Assembly: GCF_964204645.1 (NCBI RefSeq) | Contig: NC_134028.1 | Location: forward strand, 13,833,653-13,897,652 | Reading direction: 5' to 3' | Length of the DNA stretch: 64,000 nt | Origin: Tubulanus polymorphus | Taxonomy: Eukaryota; Animalia; Nemertea | In this document: piece by piece, positions 25,113-37,935 of the stretch | How positions within the stretch are numbered: position 1 is the first letter of the stretch | Layout: every line of letters starts with the position of its first letter | The notes under the pieces: generated by a model | What the model saw: the letters and a program-made list of their open reading frames with translations, nothing else | Database searches by the model: none | Told to the model about the DNA's origin: nothing | Translations under genes and position numbers: made by a program

Positions 25113-26562
25113 ATGAGTGGGAGTTATATAAATCCTTCTCAGAATTCTAGAATACCTAATGCTATCAAAGCAGAGATATCTCATCATATAATTACTCATA
25201 ATCCTTCTAATATTAATCCCGATGAAACTTTATATGTTAGAATTCCTCGATTAACACAAAATACTTTCTATGTTCCAAATAGTATTTATTTATCAGCCGA
25301 TATAAAAGTTACTGGTAATAATAATAATAATAATAATAATGTTGTTGATAATGTTGGAAGATATTTGATTAAAAAATTAACTATATAGACTGGTACAGAA
25401 ACAGTTTTCTCATTAGATGATTATAATATATATATGCATTATAAAGATTTATGGTTAACTAAACAAAATAGAAATAATATGATATTTCAAGGCATCCAAT
25501 CAGAAAACCAAAATAAATTAAGATCTGAGGCCAATAATGCAGTAGTAGCTAATGACGTAGATAATTTGATTAAAAAGATTTATGGAAGCAAATATAAAAT
25601 TACATTAGATTTTGAATTGATTAATAATAATGCACTTTATATAAATATGCAATTCAAGAAGATGTTATATTCGAAATAACATTTGCTCCTGTAAATGAAA
25701 TTTTATTATCTAACGTTGTTAAAGATATTGGTTATAAATTATCGAATATATGTTTGGAATATGATACAGTAACTGATGAAAATATTGCTAACACAATTCA
25801 AACTCAATACAATCAAGGATTTTCATTATTATTCCTCGAAGAGAATTCCTCGATTAACACAAAATACATTTTATGTTCCAAATAGTATTTATCTATCAAC
25901 TGATATAAAAGTAACTGGCCATGATAATTATTATGTTGTTGACAATGTTGGAAGATATTTGATTAAAAAATCAACTATAAAGATTGGACCAGAAACAGTT
26001 TTTTCATTAGATGATTATAATTTATTTATGCATTATAAAAATGGTTAACAAAAGAAAAAAGAAATAATATGATATTTCAAGGCATCCAATCAGAAAACCA
26101 TAATAAATTAAGATCAGAAGCTAATAATACAATTATAGCTAATGCTACAGATAATTTGATAAAAAAGATATATGGAAGCAAATTTAAAATTCCATGAAAT
26201 AACAAAAGTAGAAATAACTATCGAAGGCATAGCTAATAAAATATTTTGTCAGGGAATGAGAATGATAGATCAGTGGCCGGAAATTAGAAAACATTTTATG
26301 AATGAAAAAGAAAAATCATCATAAAAATTGTAATATTAATCAAATTGATTATTATACTGGTAATTAATACGCATTATGGTTAGATTTTAGAACAACTGAA
26401 GATAATTTATTACATGGTAAAAAACTACAGAACACTAAAGATGGAATACAATTATTCCGGAAAAAGAAAAAAGGAAGTTTATATTTCAAAATACACATTT
26501 ATATTATATCTGACGCGCAATTGAATATTGTAAATTCTCAATTGAATAGTGTTATGTATTAG
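25113..26562 (+). pseudogene. Major capsid protein, copy C (internal duplication and deletion)
   Basis: Matches 54735-55979. Segment RIPRLTQN...YGSK occurs twice (~25238-25595 and ~25841-26192). Confidence 0.75.
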
Positions 26563-26594
26563 AATTTTAATTCTTATAAAAAATTCTATAATAG

Positions 26595-27408
26595 ATGGAA
26601 GGTGGAATATATGAAATACAAACTACACGTGAAATAATGTCAGATATATATTATATAATACCTCATGAACATAGTAAGTTTTTTGGAGAATTCTATAATC
26701 AATTCAAATAGAGAATAAGAAAAATAGATAATAATAAAAGTGGTGCTGTTGATAATTTAAGTAATGAAATTGATAATAATGTTTTACCTTCTACATCTGA
26801 TAATGTTTTACCTTCTACATATAATAATGAAATAATATTAGATTTCAGTGAAAATAGAAATTTTTGTGGTTATTGTAAATGTGAATTTTTAAACAGCCCA
26901 TCAAATTGGAATAACCATATGAATACAGCTGTACATATTACTAATGTTATAAAACGCGTTGGTTTAAGAGAATTATTAGAACGACGATTTAGATATGTTT
27001 CAAAGTTTGTTTCAAATAAAAAAGTAAATGGTAAAGATTTATTTAAACATTTATTAGGTGAATTTTTATCTAAGGAACCATAACACAGTAAAGATGAATT
27101 AGATTTAACTGATGCTATAAAAATATTAGGATCAAACATTGTAAATGAAATATTAAGGTCAAACGCTAAGAAAGAGGATAATGAAAATATAGTTACAGAT
27201 AAGCATATTGATAATGAAGATTATATAGATACAGATTGGACTAGACGTAAAGTAGTAACTATTAATGATGCGGTAGATAGGATGAAAAAGGATTATACTG
27301 AAGAAACTTATGATGATCCGGCAGATAGGTTTAATAGATTGTTAGAGTCTGATGATGAATTGGGGGATGATGATGAAAATGATGTTAATTATCTCACATT
27401 CACATAAA
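26595..27408 (+). pseudogene. Zinc-finger-containing acidic ORF, copy C
   Basis: NFCGYCKCEF...NWNNHMNTAVH; homologue of 53767-54700. Confidence 0.6.
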
Positions 27409-27409
27409 A

Positions 27410-27712
27410 TAATAGTTGAAAATGGTATAAAATAATAGTTAATAAAAAAGGGGTTTTAAGCATTTAGGTATCTAATACGTATCTACTACGTATTTAAGTA
27501 TTTATGTATCTAATATGTATTAATCTATATAACCTCTATTATTTTCAAACTTAGTTGAAAAATTAAAATAAATAATATATTTTATAAAAGGGGGTTTTAA
27601 GTATTAATGTATCTAATACGTACTTAATACGTATTAAGGTATCTAATACGTATCTAATACGTACCTAATACGTATTAAGGTATCTAATACGTATCTAATA
27701 CATAAATGCTTA
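27410..27712. repeat. Central intergenic repeat block (G-runs plus ~11-bp tatctaatacg units)
   Basis: Lies between convergent gene blocks. Related blocks at 53350-53740 and 17060-17205. Confidence 0.8.
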
Positions 27713-27714
27713 AA

Positions 27715-28298
27715 ATTTATATTCATAAGGAAATTGAAGCTTCAGAAGTAATTTGGAACCTTTATTACTTTTTAATTCATTCATATATTCATCATGTAAG
27801 TCAGTAGGTATAATTTGATTTTCTTCCAGTGATTGTTGCATAGATTTTCTATCTATGTTATAAAATAAAACTAAAAATCTTATATTCTCCCTAAAGTCTT
27901 TAACAATTGAATTATATTTTTGATTTAAAACCCACGTTGTTATCCCAAAATGTCTCCCAGAGAAAGCTAAATAGCATAACTCACTTTCTCTAACTTTTGA
28001 ATCATGTAAATTAGCGCAATCATCGATAATGAATAATGTATTTGATCCTTTATAAATATCAATTGCTATTTTTATACAATTATCTAAATTTAATAAATAT
28101 AATAAACTTTTTTATCTTAACTATATCTCTATTATATGTTTTATTCATTTCATAAGTAGGGCAGAATGATATTATATTATCAAAATGATTTTTATAAATA
28201 GTTTCTAACAAATCTAATATGAAATGTGTTTTACCACAGTTGGTTACTCCAGTAACTAACATATTATGTGGTTCAAATATAAATGAATCTTTATTCAT
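27715..28298 (-). pseudogene. A32-like packaging ATPase, copy C
   Basis: Walker A GVTNCGKT, Walker B FIIDD, GRHFG; frameshifted. Confidence 0.88.
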
Positions 28299-30563
28299 TT
28301 ATTCTTTTAATTTTACTAGATAAAATCCATTCATTGAATTTGTCATCATACCCTTTGTATTTCACCAAAGAATACCTTTTCCTTAAAGAGTTTTTGTTTT
28401 TAATACTTTTTCTATTTTGTATTCTATTTCATCTGATTTGATACAAGTGATAATTCTTGTTCATAGAAATAACCTAATATTTCTTCATCTTTTAAATCTT
28501 CTAATTTATAAACAAAAGGTTTAGTTAATATTATCTTTTTAATTTTGAATATTTATTTCGTAAAATTTGGAGTATAACCTTTATAAAATGTTTTTCGATA
28601 TTTAGATATTCTTACATGTTGTCCTATTTTAAATTTAGGTTCTCCAAAATCATGTGTAACAAACGCTCCATATAAATTATTCCATACTATTTCTGAATTA
28701 TCTTCTTTTCTAGCTTGTATAGGTTTCATATTTATAGAACTATGTTTAGAATTATTATAACCTTTCACCAAATCATCTAATACATCGATATATTTATATG
28801 TTTCATTAGCAGTAAAATTGTTCCACATTCTAGTTTCCAATGTTTTATTAAATCGTTCTATAATAGATGCCGTTTTATCTGAGTACGTTGAAAAATACTC
28901 GACATCTTTATCAGATAATAATTTAAAACAAGAAAATTAATTTTAGAAAATTATTTGACGCCTGGGAAAAAAATGTAGAATTTCTGGCTAAGCTAATGTG
29001 GAATTGCAAATTTGAAATCGAAGTTTTAAGAAATTTGGGGAATGATGAGATTTGGCGATTGGGTAGATGATACAGGTCTTCGACTCTAGTAGTGGTTTAA
29101 ATTTTTTTATTGAAAATTCTCAATAATTGATCGCGAACTTGCGACCGACTTCATTTACTTATGCCTCTAAGCTGGTCTGCAACTTCATTGCCTCCATGGA
29201 TGAAGAAAGAGCTCTTCTGATGTCTGCTTCATTATGACTTCGAGCATATCGTGTGGCCTAGCCTGCCGGCCCGGTCCCCGGGCCCGGGCCACGCGTTTGG
29301 CTGTCACTCGATTTCCTAGAGTCTTTAGTCTGGGTGGGTTGAAGTAGACATTGTCATTTAAAATAACATGCTTATGTTGTTCTGTATGAATTACCCGTGT
29401 GTCATGTATGTTGTATTAATTTATTTTAAAATTTGTATTTATTGAATTTGGGAATTTTATCCCGGAATTTCAATGTAATAAGGATCAATAAAGAATTGAA
29501 TTGAATTGTCACCTAATACACATGCCATCAGAGGACACGGAGCCGTATATGACAGCTATGCTATTATAAATTGCTAATCTCACGAAACTTGCATACTCCT
29601 AATATCAAACATATTTTCACAAACGATTGAATATTGAAATTATATGTTTACACATTTTCATATTAACCGCTTGTAGCCGCTGATGAAATTTACGCCGGCC
29701 CTACACACATCGTAGATAGCTTCGTCATTCCACCGGCATGCCCACGTCAGGGTCTGACTTTTATATTAGACTTCCGCATCGTGTATACATCCGCCATTTA
29801 ACCGAATAATCCGATTTACTTATCATTTCTATTTATGCCTGCCGCTTCTGATATAATCATACATCCTTTACTATTACAATACGTCTTCTAATGATATTCA
29901 ATGCAATATAACATTTCGACGTTCAAATATAGGTCATTATATAATCACAGGAAGCCATTCTACATCTATGTCAATAATATTTTGCCAGATAGCAGATTTG
30001 TGTACACATAAACCTGTGACGTTTTGCACATCGATTTACGGCTGTCGTTTGTAAAATGACGCTGAATGGTTAGCATTGTTTAGGTTTCATAATGGTAACG
30101 TTTTATAAGGCGTCAAAAAATGTTTATTATAAAATTCCTTTCCCCTATCAAATTGTATCTTACCTGGAATAGCTTCTTTAAATGTTAATTTGAACGCATT
30201 AGTAACTTCTATACCAGTTTTATTTTTGATTGGAATTGACCATGCGTATCTACTGAATATATCTATAACATCTAATATCCAGAAATATCCTTTATTGTAT
30301 TCCTCTAAGTTCTTCATGTCAATTAAATCTGCTTGCCATTGATGATCAATATATGAAACCATTACTTTTCTCGTTAAATAGTTTTTATCCATTTTCTTAT
30401 GGATTTGATATGTTGGTTGGTTTTGTAACCATAATTTTAAATCACTATATTTTATATTTTCTTTATCAGATTTAATTTTATCCCATAATTCTGAAACACT
30501 AGAATATAATACTTCACTCTCTGGGTTATAATATAAATCTCTTAAATATTGTTCTTTTTTCAT
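28299..30563 (-). pseudogene. RVE integrase with chromodomain, copy C (interrupted)
   Basis: WQADLIDM, VIDIFSRYAW, IQFDRGKEF; split by the insertion at ~28927-30118. Confidence 0.92.
28927..30118 (-). mobile_element. Non-autonomous Helentron-like element (HINE/DINE type)
   Basis: Subterminal IRs tttgacgcct (28954-28963) / aggcgtcaaa (30108-30117). Minus-strand 3' hairpin aattttctaaaatt then CTTGT. Inserted in a T-run; absent from the copy E integrase. Confidence 0.7.
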
Positions 30564-30587
30564 CTTATTTCAATCCATTAATAATAA

Positions 30588-31483
30588 TCATGGTTTAGTT
30601 TCAATGGTTTTATCATTTGACTTATTTTCTGGTATAATAGGTTTATCATCGGAATCATCTTTAACATCAGATTCATACGTATATTTATATATTACGCCAG
30701 AAAATATAATAACTGTAACTAATCCAATTGTAATATATAATTTATTATTACTTCCAGCATTAGAAGAATCAGATGGATTATCATTAGAATCAATATCAGA
30801 TAATTTCTGTGGTTCATTTATATCAGTTAATTTCTTTTTCTTAGCTTTTTTTAATTCTGAAGATCTTTTACCCAACTCCCTTGCCCATTTAATTTGTTTC
30901 TCAGATCTAGGCTTCTTCTTAACATCATCACTCATTTATTTTAGTTAATTTTTGTTCTGATTCAATATCTTCTGATTTATTATCTTTACATACTATAGGT
31001 TTGATATTAGAAAATGATATAACTCCAGTAGAAATCAATGTCATTATTCCTCCTAATTTGAATGAAGCGTATCCAACCCATTTCTGTAATTCTGTCATAA
31101 CTAAATAATCATTTTTTAAATCGCTATATAATTTATTTTCATCATCAATTGGTATAATCCGGTTACATAATTTAGAATAACATTTTATAATACCATCACT
31201 AATAGAATCGTTTATTCTAGCTAATCTAGCTTCTTCATATATTTTAAAATATTTGATTACTTTATCTGGTTTCATATTATCTAATTCTTGAAAAGTTATA
31301 ATTCTATTTAAGAATTCCTTAGATTTTCCACCAGCAATCAATAGTTGTAGATGGTGCTTACATGTTAAATAGTATTCTTAATCAATATCATCATTTTGAA
31401 TACAATTAGAAACAACTGTATCATTATTATCAGTAATGCCAAAATCCTCAATGGTCTTTTCAATATCAGATTTCTTTGACATT
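30588..31483 (-). pseudogene. Two Polinton hypothetical ORFs upstream of integrase (both with hydrophobic segments), copy C
   Basis: 30588-30935 and 30928-31483 match 51284-51622 and 50684-51291. Confidence 0.7.
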
Positions 31484-32592
31484 TATTTTAGCAAAAAAGC
31501 GAAAAAAAAATATTAGATAATGATACAAGAATAATACTTTATGTGATACTAGTGTTTGATAAGTAATACTAGCTATTTGAAGTTATTGTTCTTTTAGTTA
31601 AATCTATTCAAAATCTATTCAATCTAGTATTAACTAGAATTGCAAAATAAAATATTAAAAATGTAATAGAATTCACTATATAGTTGAAATTATTGTTTTT
31701 TAAATACTTTTTATTTAAATTAGGATTCAATATCTCACTACTATTGTCTATCTATATGAGCGGTAACAATAACTGTCCAGATAAGTCATTTCGGATCCTC
31801 GATAATAAATCATCGAACTAAAAATCAATTCAACGAAACGACTGGTGGAATTACTATTTCATAAACATATGTATTTTATTCTACAGTCAGTATCGATTTC
31901 AACATTCCATGCCGATCGGCTGAGGCCCGGTAAGTTATGCGTGGAATGCAGGAATCAATAAAGTATAATACAACATCTGCCACTGTAACCTTTTACAACG
32001 ACTGAATGACGCAATTGAAATTCCGGCAAACGTAATGCATTGAAAGTCTATACAGTATGGCTAAACTGCTACAGTCTCATGAGTTGAAATATCCGTAATT
32101 TCTGATTTCACATCCTTCCATATTCACTTTCATGACTCAAATTGCAATTGTCTTCTTGTTACCCGAAGCATTTTGTTATCTAAAAGATAAATATCTAGCG
32201 TAGAATAAAACTAACTTAAAGTTGTAGTTGTCAAATATGAATTACAGCACTTAAACATGTTTAAGGTTTCCCGATGCCTTAAAAAAAACAAAAACGGTAC
32301 TTACATTTATAACTTCAAACTGTAAACTCCTAAAATTGTGTTTCTAGAGAGAAATCCTATGCGTTCCTATGCTTATGCACTGCGCACTTATAACTGCCTG
32401 TTATTCACTAGCCAAACACTGTCTGTCTGAGCAACAGATGTTCTTTTATGATGAAATCAATTAATTCTTTTCAACTGAAAGAGCACGTTCGATCAATATT
32501 CAAATAAGGTACTACTCCCCATTCAACTGAATTTATAATACGCGACACAGATGCTAGTATAATTGCATAGGCAGTTTGACATACATCGAGAG

Positions 32593-33319
32593 TTACCGGT
32601 TTTCTAAACGTTTATATTCAACGTATTTTTCATTATGTGTTGAGTTCCATAATTCAACAAATGTCTTTGCTTCAACCAGTTGATCTAAATATAATTTCAT
32701 TTCTAGTTTGTTACCTTTCCTAATATTTTCAACTTTTTCTAAAGGTCTTAAGTTTTTCCAGCTCCAGATTAATTTCTGATTGTGTTCATCATTCATGTTG
32801 AATTTAGATATTGGTAACACATGATCAATAAGAAAGTATTCACCATAGTTTTTTTCATTCATTTTATCGTCGAATTGATATATTATCCATAATTTGAGAT
32901 ATTCATCTGAACACCCCAATAAATTAGATAGTGTGGCTGAATGCGTTTCTTTACTGAATAATTTTGTTAATCTAGAACTTAAACATTGTTTCAATTTAAA
33001 ATTAAGAACCGTTTTATATCTTTTTTTGGTAATTATTTTGATACTCAATATAATGTTCTCTATTATCTTTTTTCCAATCTCTTAAATATTCTGGATTATC
33101 ATTTCGCCATTGCATTTGATACTCTGGTTTATTTGCTCGGTATTGCTTATTCATTTCTTTAACACAAGTTCTACAATTACTTTGCTTACCATCTTTATGA
33201 GTTTTATCTTTATAATATTAAGAAGATTGTTTATTCAATTCAAATTTTGAACATTTCTTATGATAAATATTCACAACACTATTTGTAATATTGATAGTTT
33301 GTGATTGTGTACTTTCCAT
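32593..33319 (-). pseudogene. HNH-type endonuclease, copy C
   Basis: IDHVLPIS..WKNLRPL..EN motif; N-terminal CSK/KDG..CRTC; frameshifted relative to 49772-50437. Confidence 0.75.
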
Positions 33320-33349
33320 TTATGATACATATTTTTATTAAAACGTTGA

Positions 33350-36300
33350 TTAACACGTTATAATCCTGTTCATTATTTCCTTTTCTTTTGTTTCTTCTCT
33401 TTTAAATATTAGATATTCTTCTAAATTGCAACCATAAGCAACTGTGTGTATACCATCATCCAGAATATATCTTTTATCGCCAAATGGGTTTAGACTAACC
33501 TTTTCAATTTCTTCAATAAACATCTCGTGGTACTCAGATCTTAAACATTTCATCTTATGTTTTCTAACTTCTTCATCAAATAAACAATTGATGTAATCTT
33601 TAAAATGAATATTCATTTCAACAACGCTTTTGGTTCTTCCTTTCAATTTCTTTGATTCATGAGTTTTAGTTTTATATGAATACATTTTAGATCTAATTCC
33701 AATGAACTCTATCATTTCTTCAGCTCCCAATTGATCCTTAAACTTCCCGGGAACCTTTTTATTATCATTGCTAAACAATTTATGACCTTTGGGATAATTA
33801 CTGAAATCAAAATGATGTTTTAATGATTTTAAATCATCTGTTATGGTATTATTTTATCTTTAATATGTAACTGTCGGTATCAAAATATAAGATTCCTATA
33901 TGCTTTTCTCCAAAATGAGGTTGTAATACGTAATAGTAAAATTCATACATTAATAATTTTGATATTTCTAAAATTGTTGCTCCAACATAAATTGGTTTAT
34001 TAAATTTCATAGAAGTTCTTCTCATTTTAACTGTGGCTAAATTTTCATCAAATACTCTGTTACCAATAAATTTTGGATATGTTTGTAAATGTCTAAATCT
34101 TTTACCATTGCTAACTAACTCAATATCATTTCTATTTCTGATATTTTCAGAAGTTTTTCCATCGAATGCATTATTCATTAACTTGAAGAAATCGTTTTCG
34201 AAATCAGTTTTAGCTTTAGTTCTCTGTTTGGTGTTAAAATCTATATATTTTTCTAACCATTTAGATTGACTGAATGAAATATATCTATGTAATTTTTTTT
34301 AGAATCATTCCACGATTAAAATAAAATTTCAATATTCTATAATGTACTACATAGTTAAATTTATCTTCCTGAGTTACCATTAACTTTTCTGTATAAATAT
34401 GATTTTCAGGTTTAATTATTATTTGATAACTTGATAATTCTTCATGTGTAACAGTTTTTGTTCGGGACAGTATGCTAGATTTCTAGATTTAAATTATTTA
34501 TCTTCAGGATATTCTAAATCTACAACGAAGAAGTAACCAGTATGTGAATCATCTGAAATATCTAGAATTCTTTTCTTCCAATCAAATTTATCATTATTTT
34601 CATACTGTAAAACTTCAGTTATTTGAAATACTCCATAAGGCTGAAGTTCCATCATTGCCCAACCATATAGATTATTTGCATGTATATATAATAACTTATA
34701 TCCAGGGTTATCATTTACATTGAAATATCTATCACCTAATACACCCGAAACTCCTCCTCTTATGGATTTTTCAAATAACAATAATTGATCTATATTTGTT
34801 AACAAATCCATTTTTATATCTGTAAATTTTAATCCACAATCCCAAGTTAATCCTGGGCTCGAATAACAATGACATGGATCAATATTAAAATGTTTTAGAT
34901 TTACGTCCTTAAACCTTTCATATATATATCAGCTAATAATAATACATCTGATTTTTGATAAAAATCTACCAATTGTCCATGATTTTTCATTCCAAAATGA
35001 TTCCAAATATTTAATGTTCTATTATAGACTTCATCTTTAACATATTCATCTTTTAATTCATCATAGAATTGTTCTTTTAATAATTCAGTTATATTGAAAT
35101 CATTATGCGATTTATAAAATGAATATGGAATTGCTCCTTTATATCTCATTAATTGAAAATCATCATTATTTTGATAATGTTGCTTTAATATTTTTAATTC
35201 ATCATCAACTAATGATTTTGATAAATTATCTAATGAACTATTTAAAAATCTATATGAATCTATAAATCTTAGACACCAAAATTGGAAAGTTATATAATTC
35301 TCAGATGTTTTAGCTAACATTTTAAATTTATAAGTTGGTATTTTATCTTTTGATCTATTTGAATTTAATCTTTCTATTTCATTATTGATTCCTTCTATTT
35401 CATGGTACAGTTGCTTGATGAATAAATGTGCATCATACCCTGATAATTTATGAAATATTACTGGAACAAAGTTAATTTTCTTTGCTTGTAAGTTACAATT
35501 CTCATGCGCTGCGCCTCTAATAAACTTTTCATTCAAATGATCATGGTCTCTAATTTTTTTATCTTTTAGATTAAATATCTTTTCACAATAATAACATTTA
35601 TCAGCAAACTCAAATTCTTCTTTATCTTCTGTCATAATTATTTTTTCATTTTTATTTAATAATTTATTAAATTTTATTTCATATTCAATTAATTAGTCAC
35701 TAAAATGATTAATAACATTTTCATTTCTATAATGAAAATATTCACTTTTAATTAGTTCTGGATAATCAGATTTAATATATAATCCAAAAGCTGCAGCACT
35801 TTGATGAACCGTTTTAATAGTATTTGTTATTAGAGGATCTGAATAATCAATTATATCAATTTCATTAGAATTTAATTTCTTTCTTTTAAAATATATTTCT
35901 TTTCTATCTTGATCCTTGAGTTAATTCCTTATTTAATGATTCAAAATCTCCATATATTACAAATGGTACTTTATTCTTGTAATAATATTTTTTGAATTCT
36001 AATATTTTATCCTATTTATTTGGTAAAACAATTTTACAATAATCACGATTTTCACATAATTGTTTACGATTCAATAATGCACTTTCATTACTGAATTTAT
36101 GTAAACATTTTCTACATAGATATATTTTACGAGTTTAATCATTTTCTGATTTGAAAAATAAATCGATTCTTTTAATCCACATATAATGATTCTCATAATA
36201 TAATATATCTATGACATCATTTGAATCATAATCTTTTGGTAGGTATAAAGGTTCCAATGTAAAATGTTTAATATTATTACCTTTTGATTTTGGTAATTTG

Positions 36301-37329
36301 ATTAAATCGAATACATTTATCTTTATATTATTATCTATTTCTATTTTTGGGATATTTTTAATTCTAACAGGATAATTGTCTATCTCATAATTATTTTCAA
36401 ATGGTTTATAATTTGATACTCTACAAATATTATCAGTTACAGGATGTAAGCAACTAATTATTGACCATAGAAAACGTTTATCATCAGAATTTTGTACATT
36501 TATAACAGGATTAGTTTTAAATGGTAGTTTAATATTACTTGATCCATTAATATTATCATCTTTATAATATGATAAAATATTTTCATCAAATGGTTTTGAT
36601 TTAGTTAGCTTATTATATTTGTGTTATAAACATGTTAAGTCATAAATATTATTTCATCAAATATTAAACCGGATCCTTCAAAATATTTCTCTTCTATTTT
36701 ACTTTTTATTTCATTATAACATTTATCTAATTTATCATCTATATGTTGTTTTGAAATAATATGTTGTGAATGAGAATTTATATTGTATATTGGTTTATCT
36801 TCAGATTTTAAAAATTTAACTTTAACTGATATACTAATCATAGGGTATTCAACACCAGTAATTATTTTTATAATACTTTTCATATTTTCTAAATGTTTTT
36901 TATTTTCTTCTAATGTTTTACCTGTATGAAATTTAAATTCAATAGCAGCTGGTCCAATATCGCTTTTAAATGCTTTGGCCTTTTATTGTTTATTTTATTT
37001 TTTATTCTTTTAATTGTCTTCTGTTTCTTATCATTATCATTATCAAAATAATCTACATCTAAAATATCATTATTCATATTTCTAATATGACTTTTAGATT
37101 TTAAATATTCTTTATAATATCTTTTGTTACTGAATGATTGATTACATGTGTCACATTTATATATTTCTTTTTCACTCTTTAATTCATCTAATTTAGTTTC
37201 TAATATGTCATCTTTATATTTTAACTTTAATTTATTTTCTAAATGTGTTTTATTTTTATTATGTCTTGCTTTTTGAGATTTATCTATATCAATTTAACAT
37301 GTTGAACAGTAGTACTTATTTGCTTCCAT
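33350..37329 (-). pseudogene. pPolB, copy C
   Basis: YFDTDS catalytic motif, ANNLYGWAM, EndoVII-like domain, N-terminal zinc fingers; multiple lesions. Confidence 0.93.
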
Positions 37330-37784
37330 TTTAAAATCCAATTTTTTATTAAAATTGATTTTACTTATTTTATTCGAAATCTATTTCATGGTGCCCTTTT
37401 TCATTCTTACCTTTATATATGAAATAGAAATCACCTGAAAATAATTCTTCTAAATCTTCACTTGATAAGCTATGAAATCTATCTGGTAAATATGTTCTGA
37501 ATTTATATTTATTTCCTTTTAATCCTTCATATTCTAAGTGGATAAATAATTTATCTACATATTTGTTAGTAACTGTATCAATATTTGTAATTTAATATTT
37601 CTTATGAGTTGTTAATTCTGTTCACTTCTTAAATTTATAATCTACAGATTTAACATTTGTGATATCTTTAATTCTATTTAGAAATAATTTGTTGTTCTCA
37701 CTGTGTACTTGTTTACTACTCTCCTTTTAATAACATATTTTTTATTAAAATTGATTTTAGAAGCTATTAGATTAATATTTTAAG

Positions 37785-37929
37785 AGTATTAGGGAATGTG
37801 TCGTTCTAGATTAAAGGGTGAGAGGTCGAGTGAGAAATAAATGAAATTCGAGTGTGCGAGAATTTATTTTTCATTTTTTACTCACTCGACCTCTCGACCT
37901 TTGATCTAGAACAACACATTCCCTATAAC
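37785..37929 (-). repeat. Right hairpin terminus of copy C
   Basis: Reverse complement of 12895-13046 with a small deletion; followed by TSD CACCTC. Confidence 0.92.
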
Positions 37930-37935
37930 CACCTC

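Larger units (their letters stand above)
12895..37929. mobile_element. Polinton/Maverick copy C, full-length with nested insertions
   Basis: TIRs of ~560 bp (12895-13460 / ~37365-37929). 6-bp TSD CACCTC at 12889-12894 and 37930-37935. Removing it rejoins the DIRS peptide DLFATRFNRR|CPLF. Confidence 0.95.

Noticed and set aside
25841-26192. Second major capsid gene
   Set aside because: Local duplication plus deletion inside one decayed MCP; copy E has a single gene.
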